Assembly: GCA_021831565.1 (NCBI GenBank)
Contig: JAKBMM010000011.1
Location: forward strand, 380-64,379
DNA: 64,000 nucleotides
Reading direction: 5' to 3'
From: Planctomycetota bacterium
Lineage (GTDB): Bacteria; Planctomycetota; Phycisphaerae; WQYP01
The position numbers and the translations under genes are program-made. The notes beneath the pieces are model-generated. The model saw nothing but the letters and a program-made list of their open reading frames with translations, did not search any database and was not told the origin of the DNA. Shown here one piece after another: positions 38,743 to 48,827 of this stretch; the first letter of the stretch is position 1; every line of letters begins with the position of its first letter.

Positions 38743-40169
38743 AAAGCTCCCGGCGATCCCGCCGACACCCGGAACCGGATGCGGCCGCGGAAAAAACACC
38801 GGACCGGCTTGATCCCGCACGCCGGCCCTATCGTCCGTGGGGGGCGGCGGAAAAATTATGTTACGCCCGGGACCGCGAAATTCTTCTGGCGGGACCGGCG
38901 GGTACGGGTAAAACCCGCGCCGCCCTGGAAAAAATCTTCCTGTGCCTCCAGAAATATCCCGCCATGCGCGCCTTGCTGGTCCGAAAAACGCGGGCCAGCC
39001 TCACCCAGTCCGTCCTGGTCACCCTGGAGGAAAAAGTTTTTCCTCGGGGGCATCCGGCGCTGGGCGGTCCCGGCCGCGGCTACCGGCACGGTTACCGATT
39101 GGAAAACGGCGCCGAGTTGGTGCTCGGCGGGCTGGACAACCCCGATCGGATCATGTCCAGCGAATACGACATGGTGCTGGCCTGCGAAGCCACCGAATTG
39201 ACCATCGAAGACTGGGAAAAACTTCTCACCCGCCTGCGAAACGCCGTGCTGCCCTACCAACAGGCCATCGCCGAATGCAACCCGGCCCATCCCGGCCACT
39301 GGCTTAACGCCCGGGCGGACGCCGGCTTGATGCTGCGTCTCGTGAGCCGGCATCAGGATAATCCGACGCTTTTCGATCGCTCCACCGGACGCTGGACCGG
39401 CGCCGGCGAGAACTATTTGCATACGTTGCGGCGGCTTTCCGGAGTGCGGCGCAAACGGCTGCTCGACGGCCTCTGGGCGGCGCCGCAGGGGCTGGTTTAT
39501 GAAATGCTGCCCGATCACGTGATTTCCATTCCGCCGCCGCAAGGCCGAACGCTTCGCTGTTACGCCGGCATCGACTGGGGTTGGCGTGATCCCACCGCGG
39601 TAGTGGTCGGCCTGTTGTGCCGGGATTCGTGCCTGTACGTGGTGGACGAGCTTTATGAAAGCCGCCTGCCGCTGGAGGAATTGGCCCGCCGGCTCGACGC
39701 GTTGGTGCGGCGATGGGATATCGAGATATTTTTTGCCGACCGCTCGCGGCCGGAATTGATAGACCATCTCCGCCGGCGCGACATTGCCTGCCGGCCCGTC
39801 CCGGCGCACGGCATTGAATCCGGTATTGCCATGGTCGAATCGCGCCTGCTGGCGGGGGGGTTGAAGATTTCCGCCCGCTGCCGCCGGCTCATCGACGAAG
39901 CGAGCCAATACCAATATGCGGCCGATGCTCCAACCACGGGCAACTCCCTTCCCATACCCCTTAACGATCACGCCATGGATGCCCTGCGTTACCTGGTGGC
40001 GGCGATGGATATGGGCCGCTCCGATCCCGCCGCGTTCGAGCCGGTTTCTTCCGTCGCCTCCCTCCCGTCGTCCGCGCCGAAAAGTGCCGCAGGAGATTTG
40101 CCAAACGCCGCTATGGAGAATACCCGTTCGCACGAGCGATTGAATTTCAACCAAATATGGGGAGAATAA
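38739..40169 (+). CDS. Terminase large subunit (PBSX-like)
   Basis: GPAGTGKT, VRKT..SL, G.D.P..I.S.E, EATE, CNP; nuclease motifs GIDWG..DP, AD.S.P and DHAMDALRY. Confidence 0.88.
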   Translation: MKSSRRSRRHPEPDAAAEKTPDRLDPARRPYRPWGAAEKLCYARDREILLAGPAGTGKTRAALEKIFLCLQKYPAMRALLVRKTRASLTQSVLVTLEEKVFPRGHPALGGPGRGYRHGYRLENGAELVLGGLDNPDRIMSSEYDMVLACEATELTIEDWEKLLTRLRNAVLPYQQAIAECNPAHPGHWLNARADAGLMLRLVSRHQDNPTLFDRSTGRWTGAGENYLHTLRRLSGVRRKRLLDGLWAAPQGLVYEMLPDHVISIPPPQGRTLRCYAGIDWGWRDPTAVVVGLLCRDSCLYVVDELYESRLPLEELARRLDALVRRWDIEIFFADRSRPELIDHLRRRDIACRPVPAHGIESGIAMVESRLLAGGLKISARCRRLIDEASQYQYAADAPTTGNSLPIPLNDHAMDALRYLVAAMDMGRSDPAAFEPVSSVASLPSSAPKSAAGDLPNAAMENTRSHERLNFNQIWGE

Positions 40170-40183
40170 AGGTGAATGTAGAG

Positions 40184-40274
40184 CAAGGAAAACGGTGTTT
40201 AACGGGTCAGCCTGCTGACCGTGTCACCAAGGAAAACGGTGTTTAACGGGTCAGCCTGCTGACCGTGTCACCAA
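40184..40274 (+). repeat. Two tandem 44-bp hairpin repeats
   Basis: CAAGGAAAACGGTGTTTAACGGGTCAGCCTGCTGACCGTGTCAC twice, directly upstream of truD. Confidence 0.9.
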
Positions 40275-40294
40275 TAAAACTCGGCGGTATAGGT

Positions 40295-41590
40295 ATGCCC
40301 CATTCCTATTTAACGGCTGACCTGCCCGGCGTGGGCGGGCTTATCAAGGCTCAGCCGGACGATTTTCTCGTGGAAGAGTTGCCGCTCTATCCGCCCGCCG
40401 GCCAGGGCGCCCACTGTTATTTTGTCATTGAAAAGCGTGGAATTTCCACGCTGCACGCCGCGAACCTGCTGGCCCGGGCGCTGGGACGCCGGGCGATCGA
40501 CATCGGCTACGCCGGCCTGAAAGATGCACAAGCCGTGGCCCGCCAGACATTCTCGATTGAACTGGAAACCGAAGATCGAATCCGCTCTCTGAGCCTGCCC
40601 CAAGTGCGCATCCTGGAGGTTTCCCGCCATCGCAACAAGCTTAAAATCGGCCACCTGGCGGGCAATCGCTTCACCGTTAAAATCCGCAACGACGACTGGG
40701 CCAAACCCGGCGGTTCGGTGGAAGAGGCCCGCCTCCGGGCGCGGGCGACGCTGGATTCTCTGGGTCGTAGCGGCGTGCCGAATTTTTTCGGTCCGCAGCG
40801 CTTCGGTATGCGCGGCGATAATCATTGGTTGGGCGCGGCGCTGTTGCGCGGCCAAAGTGAAGAATTTCTGCGGCGCTGGCTGGGCGAACCGGACCCGCGG
40901 GTGGATCATGGCCCGGTGCTCCAGGCGCGCCGCCACTTTGCCCATGGCCGGATGGACCTTGCCTTGGCCGACTGGCCCGGTCATTTGTCCATGGAACGCC
41001 GGGCGTTGGCTATCCTCGCCCGCAATCCCGCCCACGGCGCGCGGGCCATGCGGTCGGTTGACGTGCGTCTCAAACGCCTGCTGGTCAGCGCGCTCCAGGC
41101 GCATCTGTTCAATGAAACCCTGCTTCGCCGGCTCAAGCGGCTGGATCGAATTCTCCCCGGCGACCTGGCTTGGAAGCACGACAACGGCGCGGTGTTTGAG
41201 GTGGGAATGTCACAGCTCCACGCCGCCGCCGAACAGCCGCGTTGCGACGCCCATGAAATTTCTCCCTCCGGTCCCATGTTCGGCTACCGCATGACGCCGG
41301 CGCAGGGCGAGCCGGGACAAATGGAGGACGAAGTCCTCGCCGCCCACGAGCTTACGCCGCGGAGTTTTCATCAACCACGATTTGCCGCCGGCGGGAGCGG
41401 CGCTGCGGGGGGGGCGGAAAAATCCAAAGGCTCCCGGCGGGCAATGCGTTTTTTCCCGACCGAACTGGACCTCGCCTCCGGCGCGGACCAGCGCGGGCCG
41501 TTCCTGCAGCTTCGTTTTGTGCTGCCGCCGGGGTGTTTCGCCACCGTTCTGCTCGGCGAGATCATGAAAACCGACCTGGCGGTGGATTAG
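40295..41590 (+). CDS. truD: tRNA pseudouridine(13) synthase TruD
   Basis: DF.VEE, AGLKDA.AV..Q, GHL.GNRF, PNFFGPQRFG and F.LP.G.FAT. Confidence 0.93.
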   Translation: MPHSYLTADLPGVGGLIKAQPDDFLVEELPLYPPAGQGAHCYFVIEKRGISTLHAANLLARALGRRAIDIGYAGLKDAQAVARQTFSIELETEDRIRSLSLPQVRILEVSRHRNKLKIGHLAGNRFTVKIRNDDWAKPGGSVEEARLRARATLDSLGRSGVPNFFGPQRFGMRGDNHWLGAALLRGQSEEFLRRWLGEPDPRVDHGPVLQARRHFAHGRMDLALADWPGHLSMERRALAILARNPAHGARAMRSVDVRLKRLLVSALQAHLFNETLLRRLKRLDRILPGDLAWKHDNGAVFEVGMSQLHAAAEQPRCDAHEISPSGPMFGYRMTPAQGEPGQMEDEVLAAHELTPRSFHQPRFAAGGSGAAGGAEKSKGSRRAMRFFPTELDLASGADQRGPFLQLRFVLPPGCFATVLLGEIMKTDLAVD

Positions 41591-41736
41591 CGGCGCCGCC
41601 GCAGCTCTACTGTCAACTGTTCACCTGCTCTACTTTCTCGCGGCGCAGCCGCGGGGGACGCAGAGGTCGCAGAGGTTTATTTTTATTGGTGACACGGTCA
41701 GCAGGCTGACCCGTTAAACACCGTTTTCCTTGTGCT

Positions 41737-42567
41737 CTATTGTCTACTTTCAACTGTTCTACTTTCTCGCGGCCTTGCCGCGTGCTCTACTATCTTTCTC
41801 CGCCGCGTCAGCAATCCCAACCCGCCCACCGCCAGCAAGGCCGCCGTAGCCGGTTCGGGGATCGTTTCCGTCGGGAACTCGGTCTTCGTGGTTCCAGTGT
41901 ATTTCTGCACGTTCGCCTTGGGCGATAGCGTAAAGTCCACCACATTCGTGAGCGAATAAGCCAACTGCGTTTTGTTGAGCGTTACCAGCGGCGGTGGGGC
42001 AAGCGTGAAAGTCTCGGAGTTGCCGGAGTATGACTCGGAACTTATCCCTGTTGCGGCGACGCCCGTTCCGGATGTCGTGTTCTGTCCGTTATACGGATCG
42101 GCGAAGCTCTGCATGGTCATGGCGAGAGTGCCTTTGGCGAATTCCCCGTCGCCGCTTTGAGCAAGAATCAGGGTGAAGGAGGAATTGGCGCCGGGACCCG
42201 TCAGGCCGGTATCTCCCAGGAGCAGCTCCAGGCTGGCTGTCGATGAGGTATTATTATTGGTCAAGTTGCGCGTGGCGAAGGTGATATAAGACGATGAGGA
42301 CGTGGCGATGATCGTCGCGTCTACGGCGCCCGAAAAGTCGCCGAATGAAAAGGTCCCGGAGCTTGGATAGTTAAAAAACGTGGAAGTGGTGTCCACGACG
42401 TTCACCAGTGCGCCCCCGTTGACGCTGGATTCGGACAGATCAAGTTCAAAATCAGCTTTGGCGCTTGTCGATGGGAGTAATGCGGCACCCGCCGCCAGAG
42501 ACAGGAAAACGATTCCCGGAACCAAAGTTCCCTTAAGGATCAGCCGGAACCTTGCCGCCGTGGTCAT
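41737..42567 (-). CDS. PEP-CTERM protein, paralog of 46813..47592
   Basis: Signal peptide; S/T-rich body; IPEPATAALLAVGGLGLLTRRRK. Confidence 0.9.
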   Translation of the reverse strand: MTTAARFRLILKGTLVPGIVFLSLAAGAALLPSTSAKADFELDLSESSVNGGALVNVVDTTSTFFNYPSSGTFSFGDFSGAVDATIIATSSSSYITFATRNLTNNNTSSTASLELLLGDTGLTGPGANSSFTLILAQSGDGEFAKGTLAMTMQSFADPYNGQNTTSGTGVAATGISSESYSGNSETFTLAPPPLVTLNKTQLAYSLTNVVDFTLSPKANVQKYTGTTKTEFPTETIPEPATAALLAVGGLGLLTRRRKIVEHAARPRESRTVESRQ

Positions 42568-42692
42568 GATGTGTCTCCTTGTATGGAGAGTGGCGGTATC
42601 CCCGCCCGCGGCGCCGCCGCCGCTCTGCGCTCAACTTTCTACTCTCCCGCTGCTCTACTTTCAACTATATACTTTCTTCCGCGGCGACGCAT

Positions 42693-42814
42693 TAGCAGCC
42701 TGTCGGACTTAGGACATGCTTGCCAGCAATGCTAACGTAGGAGGCATGAGTACGACACGAATGGTAAATGTAGATCGGAACACACCAATGCTGTTGCCCC
42801 CGGATCTGCGTGAC
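42693..42814 (+). mobile_element. Truncated IS1182-family element (left end and transposase N-terminus)
   Basis: AGGAGG RBS, then ATG 42746 MSTTRMVNVDRNTPMLLPPDLRD, resembling the IS1182 start (DR..x.LLPP.L.DW); cut off by a repeat. Confidence 0.65.
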
Positions 42815-43060
42815 TTATCCCGAACATTTCACCGCCGAGACGCAGAGATCGCAGAGGTTTATTTTTATTGGTGACACGGTCAGCAGGCTGACCCTTTAAA
42901 CATTATCCGCTTCCACCCTCCGCGTTCCTCTGTTTCCTCCGCGGTGCAAACTCGATTTACCGGACGTTATTTACCGCGGACGCGGAGTACCGCAGAGGTT
43001 TATAGCTTGTTAACCATCCGCGCGGTCTTGGCGTCTTGGCGGTTAATTCCGTGTGAACAC

Positions 43061-44293
43061 TTACCAACTTTCCACTCTCTTCCGCCTTCGCGCCAGCAGT
43101 CCCATTCCGCCCACGGCCAGCAAAGCCAGCGTGGCCGGTTCGGGTGTGGATAGGCTGAAGATCGTGCCGTAATCGCTGCTTCCGCCATGGAGGGTCATTC
43201 CATACAAGGTCGAGCCGGATTGGATCAGCGAGCCGTAGGGCCATGCGCCATCCGCGGCCCCGCCGGTAAATGAATGCAGGACCTGAAAGCCGGTTCCAAT
43301 GTCGGCGATGGAAAAGATCGTGCCATCACCGCCTCCGCCATTGGAGGTCATTCCATACAGGGTCGAACCGGATTGGATCAGCGAGCCGAGGGGACCTGCG
43401 CCATCCGCGCCGGTAAATGAATGCAGAAGCGTAATAGGTCCCCCGGCGGCAGGGATGGAAAAGATCGTGCCGAAATTGCCGCTTCCGCCGGCGTAGGTCA
43501 TTCCATACAAAGTCGAGCCGGATTGAATCAGCGAGCCCCAGAGGGGATATGCGCCATCCGTGGCCCCGCCGGTAAATGAATGCAGAAGCGTAACGGTTCC
43601 CCCGGTGTAAGGTATGGAAAAGATCGTGCCGAAATTGCTACTTCCGCCGGCGGAGGTCATCCCATACAAGGTCGAGCCGGATTGGATCAGCGAGCCTTGG
43701 GGATATTTGCCATACGTGAATGAATGCAGAAGAGAATCGGCTCCACCGGTGTCAGGTATGGAAAAGATCGTGCCGGTAGCAGCGCTCCCGCCACTGGTGG
43801 TCATCCCATACAAAGTCGAGCCGAATTGGATCAGCGAGCCGTAGGGATTTTCGCCGTCCGCGGACCCGCCGGTAAATGAATGCACAAGCGTAGGGTTCCC
43901 ACCACTGGTGCTCTCGGAAAAGATCGTGCCATAATTGCCGCTTCCGCCAAAGAGGGTCATTCCATACAAGGTCGTACCCGATTGGATCAGCGAGTCCCAG
44001 GGATTTGCGCCATCCGCGGTCCCGCCGGTAAAGGAATGCAGAAGCGTAAAACTATTTCCAGTGTCCGCGATGGAAAAGATCGTGCCTTTATTATTGCCGC
44101 TTCCGCCATCGGAGGTCATTCCATACAAGGTCGAGCCGGATTGGATCAGCGCGCCTCTGGGATATGCGCCATCCGCGGTCCCGCCGGTAAATGAATGCAG
44201 CACCTGAAAATTGCTGGCTTGGGCATAACCGACCCCCGCCGCCAACGCGCCGCATAATCCGGTTGCCAGCATTGCCTTTTGAATCGTTTTCAT
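43061..44293 (-). CDS. PEP-CTERM protein with 7 GloVer (TIGR03803-like) repeats
   Basis: Seven LHSF.G...GA.P...LIQSGSTLYGMT..GG....GTIFS units; TPEPATLALL tail. Confidence 0.9.
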   Translation of the reverse strand: MKTIQKAMLATGLCGALAAGVGYAQASNFQVLHSFTGGTADGAYPRGALIQSGSTLYGMTSDGGSGNNKGTIFSIADTGNSFTLLHSFTGGTADGANPWDSLIQSGTTLYGMTLFGGSGNYGTIFSESTSGGNPTLVHSFTGGSADGENPYGSLIQFGSTLYGMTTSGGSAATGTIFSIPDTGGADSLLHSFTYGKYPQGSLIQSGSTLYGMTSAGGSSNFGTIFSIPYTGGTVTLLHSFTGGATDGAYPLWGSLIQSGSTLYGMTYAGGSGNFGTIFSIPAAGGPITLLHSFTGADGAGPLGSLIQSGSTLYGMTSNGGGGDGTIFSIADIGTGFQVLHSFTGGAADGAWPYGSLIQSGSTLYGMTLHGGSSDYGTIFSLSTPEPATLALLAVGGMGLLARRRKRVESW

Positions 44294-44562
44294 GGTTTTC
44301 TCCCTAATGTCCATAGACGACCAGCAGGCTGGCCGGTTAACCAAATTTACTTTCCGACTCGCACCGCTCGCGGCTTTGCCGGCGCATTATCCCGAACATT
44401 TCACCGCCGAGACGCAGAGGTCGCAGAGGTTTATTTTTATTGGTGACACGGTCAGCAGGCTGACCCGTTAAACACAGTTTTCCTTGTGCTCTACTTTCTT
44501 TCGCCGCAGCCCGGCCCGTGCATGCCACGGGCCGGGCCAAGTTGAATAGCTTGAATAGCCGT

Positions 44563-45570
44563 TCAAGCTATTGCCTTCCGCCTGCGCTTAAGCAGCAATC
44601 CCAACCCGCCCACGGCCAGCAAAGCCAGCGTGGCCGGTTCGGGGACAGTGCCAAGCTGCGCTGACACGTTGTCAATTGCCAGGTTGTTGCCGGCAAAATT
44701 AGTTTGCCAGTTGGTGGGCCAGAGGTAATTGGTGCCACCGAGAGTGGAACTTGGCGCTCCGTTCGGAAAATTAAGTGCCGCGGTAGTCAGAAGACCACCT
44801 GTGAGCCCTAGTTGATTGCCTGAATTATCGTAAACCGCAAAAGCAACACCGGCGGGATCGGTAGTACCATTACCTGTTTTGCTATATGCCAGAGTAAAGG
44901 TATACCAGCCGTTCTTGGTGATTGTGACAAAAGGCGTGTTTGGCGTGGTGCCGCCGTTTGCATTCACATCTACAGTTCCCGCAGTTGGCACGGTGAATTG
45001 AAAATCGGACTCCGTCGCCCAGTTCGGGGCGCCAGTGGTATCACTTGCGGTTTCGTCGATCTCGAAAGCAGTACCACCACCAGTAGGCGGCGCCCACGCC
45101 CCGGTCCCGGTAACAGGCACATAAACACTCACAGATTGAGTAAATGCACCGGGATAAGTAGCCATCATGCCGGCGTATGCAGGGGTATCAGTGGAAGTGC
45201 CGAATAGGCTGTAACCCGCGTCGCCTCCATTGTGAATGTTGCCATTGATATTATTTCCAAGCACCGCATAGGAGGAGCTACCGCCGGCGCCGCCAATCAA
45301 ACCAAGTGGTGATGTGCCATTACCACTACCCGGTCCATATCGGGTGATGGAATAAGTGCCGGTACTTGTTGCCACACTTTGGCTCTGACCTATGCCTGTG
45401 GCTGTGCCGCTAAACCACCAACCGCTTACACCATTGGCTGAATTTTCATATCCTCTGGAATAAGGAACATCCGCCTTGATGATTCCGGCGGACAACAGGG
45501 CTATTCCCGCCGCCGCCGCAGCGCCTAAGCCGAGCATGGTTTTGGTTGAGGATGATTTGTTCTTAAACAT
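44563..45570 (-). CDS. PEP-CTERM protein (MFKNKSSSTK leader family)
   Basis: Signal peptide and VPEPATLALLAVGGLGLLLKRRRKAIA. Confidence 0.9.
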   Translation of the reverse strand: MFKNKSSSTKTMLGLGAAAAAGIALLSAGIIKADVPYSRGYENSANGVSGWWFSGTATGIGQSQSVATSTGTYSITRYGPGSGNGTSPLGLIGGAGGSSSYAVLGNNINGNIHNGGDAGYSLFGTSTDTPAYAGMMATYPGAFTQSVSVYVPVTGTGAWAPPTGGGTAFEIDETASDTTGAPNWATESDFQFTVPTAGTVDVNANGGTTPNTPFVTITKNGWYTFTLAYSKTGNGTTDPAGVAFAVYDNSGNQLGLTGGLLTTAALNFPNGAPSSTLGGTNYLWPTNWQTNFAGNNLAIDNVSAQLGTVPEPATLALLAVGGLGLLLKRRRKAIA

Positions 45571-45788
45571 GGTTTACTCCTTAATGTCCATAGATGGCCA
45601 GCAGGCTGGCCGGTTTACCAAACCGACTCGCAACACGCGGGTCGGAACTTTCCTGTGGCAGGCTTTCTCGCCTGCGTTTGTTTTCGCGGGCACTCGCGCC
45701 CGCCTATCCCATAGCCGCTCCGCTGTGCCTCCTTTCGCGGCTTTGCCGCCGCTCTACTTTCAACTTTCTACTCTCTTTCGCCGGCGCA

Positions 45789-45955
45789 TTAGCCCCAACA
45801 TTTCACCGCCGAGGTTGTTGAAATGAAAGACCATATAGAGATTCTTTCCCACAACACCTCAGATACAGACTCTTTGCCATCTCATCATTTCTATCCATTT
45901 ACTCCACCGTGGCCTCAGCGCACTCTGCGCCTCTGCGGTGCAAACTCCGGGTTAG
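45789..45955. mobile_element. TTAG-flanked MITE-like element
   Basis: Related to 34879-35074; flanked by 56-bp imperfect direct repeats of a PEP-CTERM gene tail. Confidence 0.6.
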
Positions 45956-45977
45956 CGGCTTTGCCGCCGCTCTACTT

Positions 45978-46691
45978 TCAACTCTCTACTCTCTTCCGCC
46001 GCCGCATTAGCAATCCGAGTCCGCCCAGAGCCAGCAGCGCCAGCGTGGCCGGTTCGGGGGCGGTGGTTGTATAGCTGAGGGTGACATTCGATCCGCCCGC
46101 CAGGCTCAGTTCCAGGGTATTACCCATGGAAAAGGGATTGCTTCCATTGGGACTGAACCCAGCCGTTTGCTGAACCAGTGTCTGCGTTTGGGGAAAACCG
46201 CCGCTTGAATAGGTCACGGTGTATGAAGGCGTCTGCACCGGCGGCGGCGTGGTCAGAGAGAATTGGCCGTCGGCCGAGTCGGCGCCGCTGACATAAGTGG
46301 CGGAGTCGCCGCTGGTGGCGGCATTGAACGTCACGCTGCCGGAACCGGCCAGGGTCATGGAGGAGCCGACCGGCGAGAAACCGGTATCCCATAAATTGAT
46401 CGCCAATATATCGGGCCCCACTGTCGTGTCAGTATTCTTTACGCCCACACTAATGGCACTGATCTGCGGCGTATTCGAAGAGCCGGAATTGGATGTGGCG
46501 TCGTAGATGGTGATGTCAAATGTGCCGACCGTAACATTCGACTGATTAATAACGCCGCCACTGCCCGTGAAACTGGTAATTGGGCCGCCGTTGGCTTCGA
46601 ACTGCGCCACAAAGCTCGCCTGGGCCGCCGAGGCGGCCAAACTCATCGCTGCCGCGGCGAGCACCATAGATCCGAAAATCTTGAATTGCAT
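45978..46691 (-). CDS. PEP-CTERM protein
   Basis: Signal peptide ending AQA; APEPATLALLALGGLGLLMRRRK. Confidence 0.9.
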   Translation of the reverse strand: MQFKIFGSMVLAAAAMSLAASAAQASFVAQFEANGGPITSFTGSGGVINQSNVTVGTFDITIYDATSNSGSSNTPQISAISVGVKNTDTTVGPDILAINLWDTGFSPVGSSMTLAGSGSVTFNAATSGDSATYVSGADSADGQFSLTTPPPVQTPSYTVTYSSGGFPQTQTLVQQTAGFSPNGSNPFSMGNTLELSLAGGSNVTLSYTTTAPEPATLALLALGGLGLLMRRRKRVES

Positions 46692-46812
46692 AAAAAACTC
46701 CCTTGTAAAAAGCATTGTTATTTTTTCTTGGTGACACGGTCAGCAGGCTGACCCGTTAAACATCGTTTTCCTTGTGCTCTACTTTCTCGCGGCTTTGCCG
46801 CGTGCTCTACTT

Positions 46813-47592
46813 TCAACTCTCTACTCTCTTTCTCCGCCGCGCCAGCAATCCGAGTCCGCCCACAGCCAGCAACGCCAGTGATGCCGGTTCGGGGATTGTT
46901 CCCGACGGGTTCTCGGTCAGCGTGGTCCCGTTGTAGTTGAGCTGGCTTACATTTATGTTTGCCCCGGATGATAGCGTGATGTCCACCACATTCGTGAGCG
47001 AATAGTCCAACTGTGTTTTGGTCAGCGTCGCCGTGGTCGGATTCGATAAAAGCGTGAAAGATACGGGGCTGGTGGTGTTGTTTGTCAATGATAACACCGA
47101 GCTTACCGGTGTCGCGGCGACGCCCGATCCGGATGTCGTGTTCTGGCCGTTATGCGGATCGGCGAAGCTCTGCATGGTCATGGTGAGAGTGCCGTTGGTG
47201 AGTTCACCGCCGCCGCTTTGGGCGAGTTCTAGAGTGCCGGTATTTGTGGGGCCGGGTCCCGTAAAACCTGTATCTCCCAGGAGCAGTTCTATGGTGGCTG
47301 GGTTTGGGCCCGTGTTATTATTGGTCAGGTTGATCGTGGCGAAGGTGATGTAACCCGACGACGCGCCGGCGGCGGGATCATTGGTTGCCGCGCTTACGGA
47401 TCCCGAAAAACCGCCGAATCCACCGGTGGGGGTGGAATAGGACAAAGAGGTGGACGGAGTACTTGCTACGTTCACCAGTGTGCCCCCGCTGGGCACGGCC
47501 AGATCAAGTTCAAAAGCAGCTTTCGCGCTGTTCGGCAGAAGCAACGCCGCGCCCGCCGCCAGGCATAAAATTTTCACTGTGATGTTTGGCAT
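46813..47592 (-). CDS. PEP-CTERM protein, paralog of 41737..42567
   Basis: Shares YITFAT.NLTNNN, ELLLGDTG and MTMQSFADP.NGQNTTSG; IPEPASLALL tail. Confidence 0.9.
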   Translation of the reverse strand: MPNITVKILCLAAGAALLLPNSAKAAFELDLAVPSGGTLVNVASTPSTSLSYSTPTGGFGGFSGSVSAATNDPAAGASSGYITFATINLTNNNTGPNPATIELLLGDTGFTGPGPTNTGTLELAQSGGGELTNGTLTMTMQSFADPHNGQNTTSGSGVAATPVSSVLSLTNNTTSPVSFTLLSNPTTATLTKTQLDYSLTNVVDITLSSGANINVSQLNYNGTTLTENPSGTIPEPASLALLAVGGLGLLARRRKRVES

Positions 47593-47664
47593 GTTAAGAC
47601 TCCTTAAGATTCCTTACATAGTTGTCAGCTACCTCGTGGTAGCCGCGGCATTCCGCCGCGTCGC

Positions 47665-47717
47665 GTAATGCAGGCTTCCAGCCTGCTTATTCCGGCGGGC
47701 GAGACGCCCGCTCCACA
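47665..47717. repeat. REP-like inverted hairpin pair
   Basis: GCAGGCTTCCAGCCTGC and GCGGGCGAGACGCCCGC-TCCACA; a similar hairpin lies at 51106-51132. Confidence 0.45.
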
Positions 47718-47854
47718 ATTCCACAATTCCATTCTCCAGGCTTTTCATGTCTCGGCGGTGAAAGCCCCGAAAACCTTACGCGGCCGTTCCACAAAACCCG
47801 GCGGAGCGGGAGAGTAACGCCCCGCCGGGTCAGAGTGGATATTGGCCGGGCCGT

Positions 47855-48013
47855 TCAAGTGCGATGCCGGCGAATGTCCGGCCACCAGTCGCATTGAACC
47901 ATCATCCAGATCAACCACCCCAGAACCGGCGCCGCCGCCGCCAGTGGCAGGGAAACGATTCGCCGGGCCAAGGGTTGATTCACGCTCATGGAAAACCGTG
48001 CCGTGGTAGTCAT
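47855..48013 (-). pseudogene. Degenerate 5' end of a PEP-CTERM paralog
   Basis: AAGGAG RBS then MTTTARF...L...IVSL.LAA.A..L, resembling the MTTAARF... leader of 41737..42567; stops early with no PEP-CTERM tail. Confidence 0.5.
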
Positions 48014-48182
48014 GACAGTTTTCTCCTTTACGTTTTCCGGGCCCCAGCCCGGCCCGTGTCTCAAAACACGGACCGGGCCATTCTCCCGGCTCGCTGGGGA
48101 CCTGATCCGTACGCGCCGGAATTGAGCCGTTTCTTCGCGGGCGGGGCCTTTTTAAGAGGTTGGCCCACGAAGTCATCAAACT

Positions 48183-48827
48183 TCAAGCCAGGCTTTTATG
48201 GCGACGCCGGACCAGCAATCCCAAGCCGCCCAGGCTTAGCAAACCGAGCGTGGCTGGTTCGGGGGTGGCATACTGGACTCCCTGCGGGCCTACTGTCCCT
48301 GTGTCTATGCCGTCAATGGAAGGTGGTGTCCAGCCGGGGACGCTCGCGTCATTGCTGTTAAGCCAGTTCAACACGAGATCCTGGTTGTTCGCCGAGGTGT
48401 CGTAGATATCGCCCAGATCATAAACATTTGGAAATGGCGAGGCGCTGGCATTACTGCTGTTTAGGATAACATACGGGGGCGTCGAACCAGCTGTTGAAAA
48501 ACTCGACAGATTGCCTTCGGCAACATACGAAGATGTCGATGTGAGCACGCCCCAGCCGCCGGCGGCGTCATACTTCGTCAACGGCTCTTGGTAATTAGCA
48601 ACGAGAAATTGATTAGCGGTGGAAGTTCCGTCAGCAGTCGTAGTGACACCATAACCACCAAATTCGACATTGTTACCCACAAAGAGGGTATCGCCCGTGA
48701 CGGTGTTGACCCAGAGGGTCATCTGTCCGGATGGCGGCGGCGCGAAGCTGTTGCCGGCAAAAGCAGCGCCGGTGGAAAGCATGCATCCCGCGGCCAGCGA
48801 GGCCATAAATGGAAGTTTACGTGACAT
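48183..48827 (-). CDS. PEP-CTERM protein
   Basis: Start MSRKLPF behind AAGGAG; TPEPATLGLLSLGGLGLLVRRRHK. Confidence 0.9.
   Translation of the reverse strand: MSRKLPFMASLAAGCMLSTGAAFAGNSFAPPPSGQMTLWVNTVTGDTLFVGNNVEFGGYGVTTTADGTSTANQFLVANYQEPLTKYDAAGGWGVLTSTSSYVAEGNLSSFSTAGSTPPYVILNSSNASASPFPNVYDLGDIYDTSANNQDLVLNWLNSNDASVPGWTPPSIDGIDTGTVGPQGVQYATPEPATLGLLSLGGLGLLVRRRHKSLA

Noticed and set aside
36777-40169. Intact prophage
   Set aside because: No portal, capsid, tail, lysis or integrase genes in the window.
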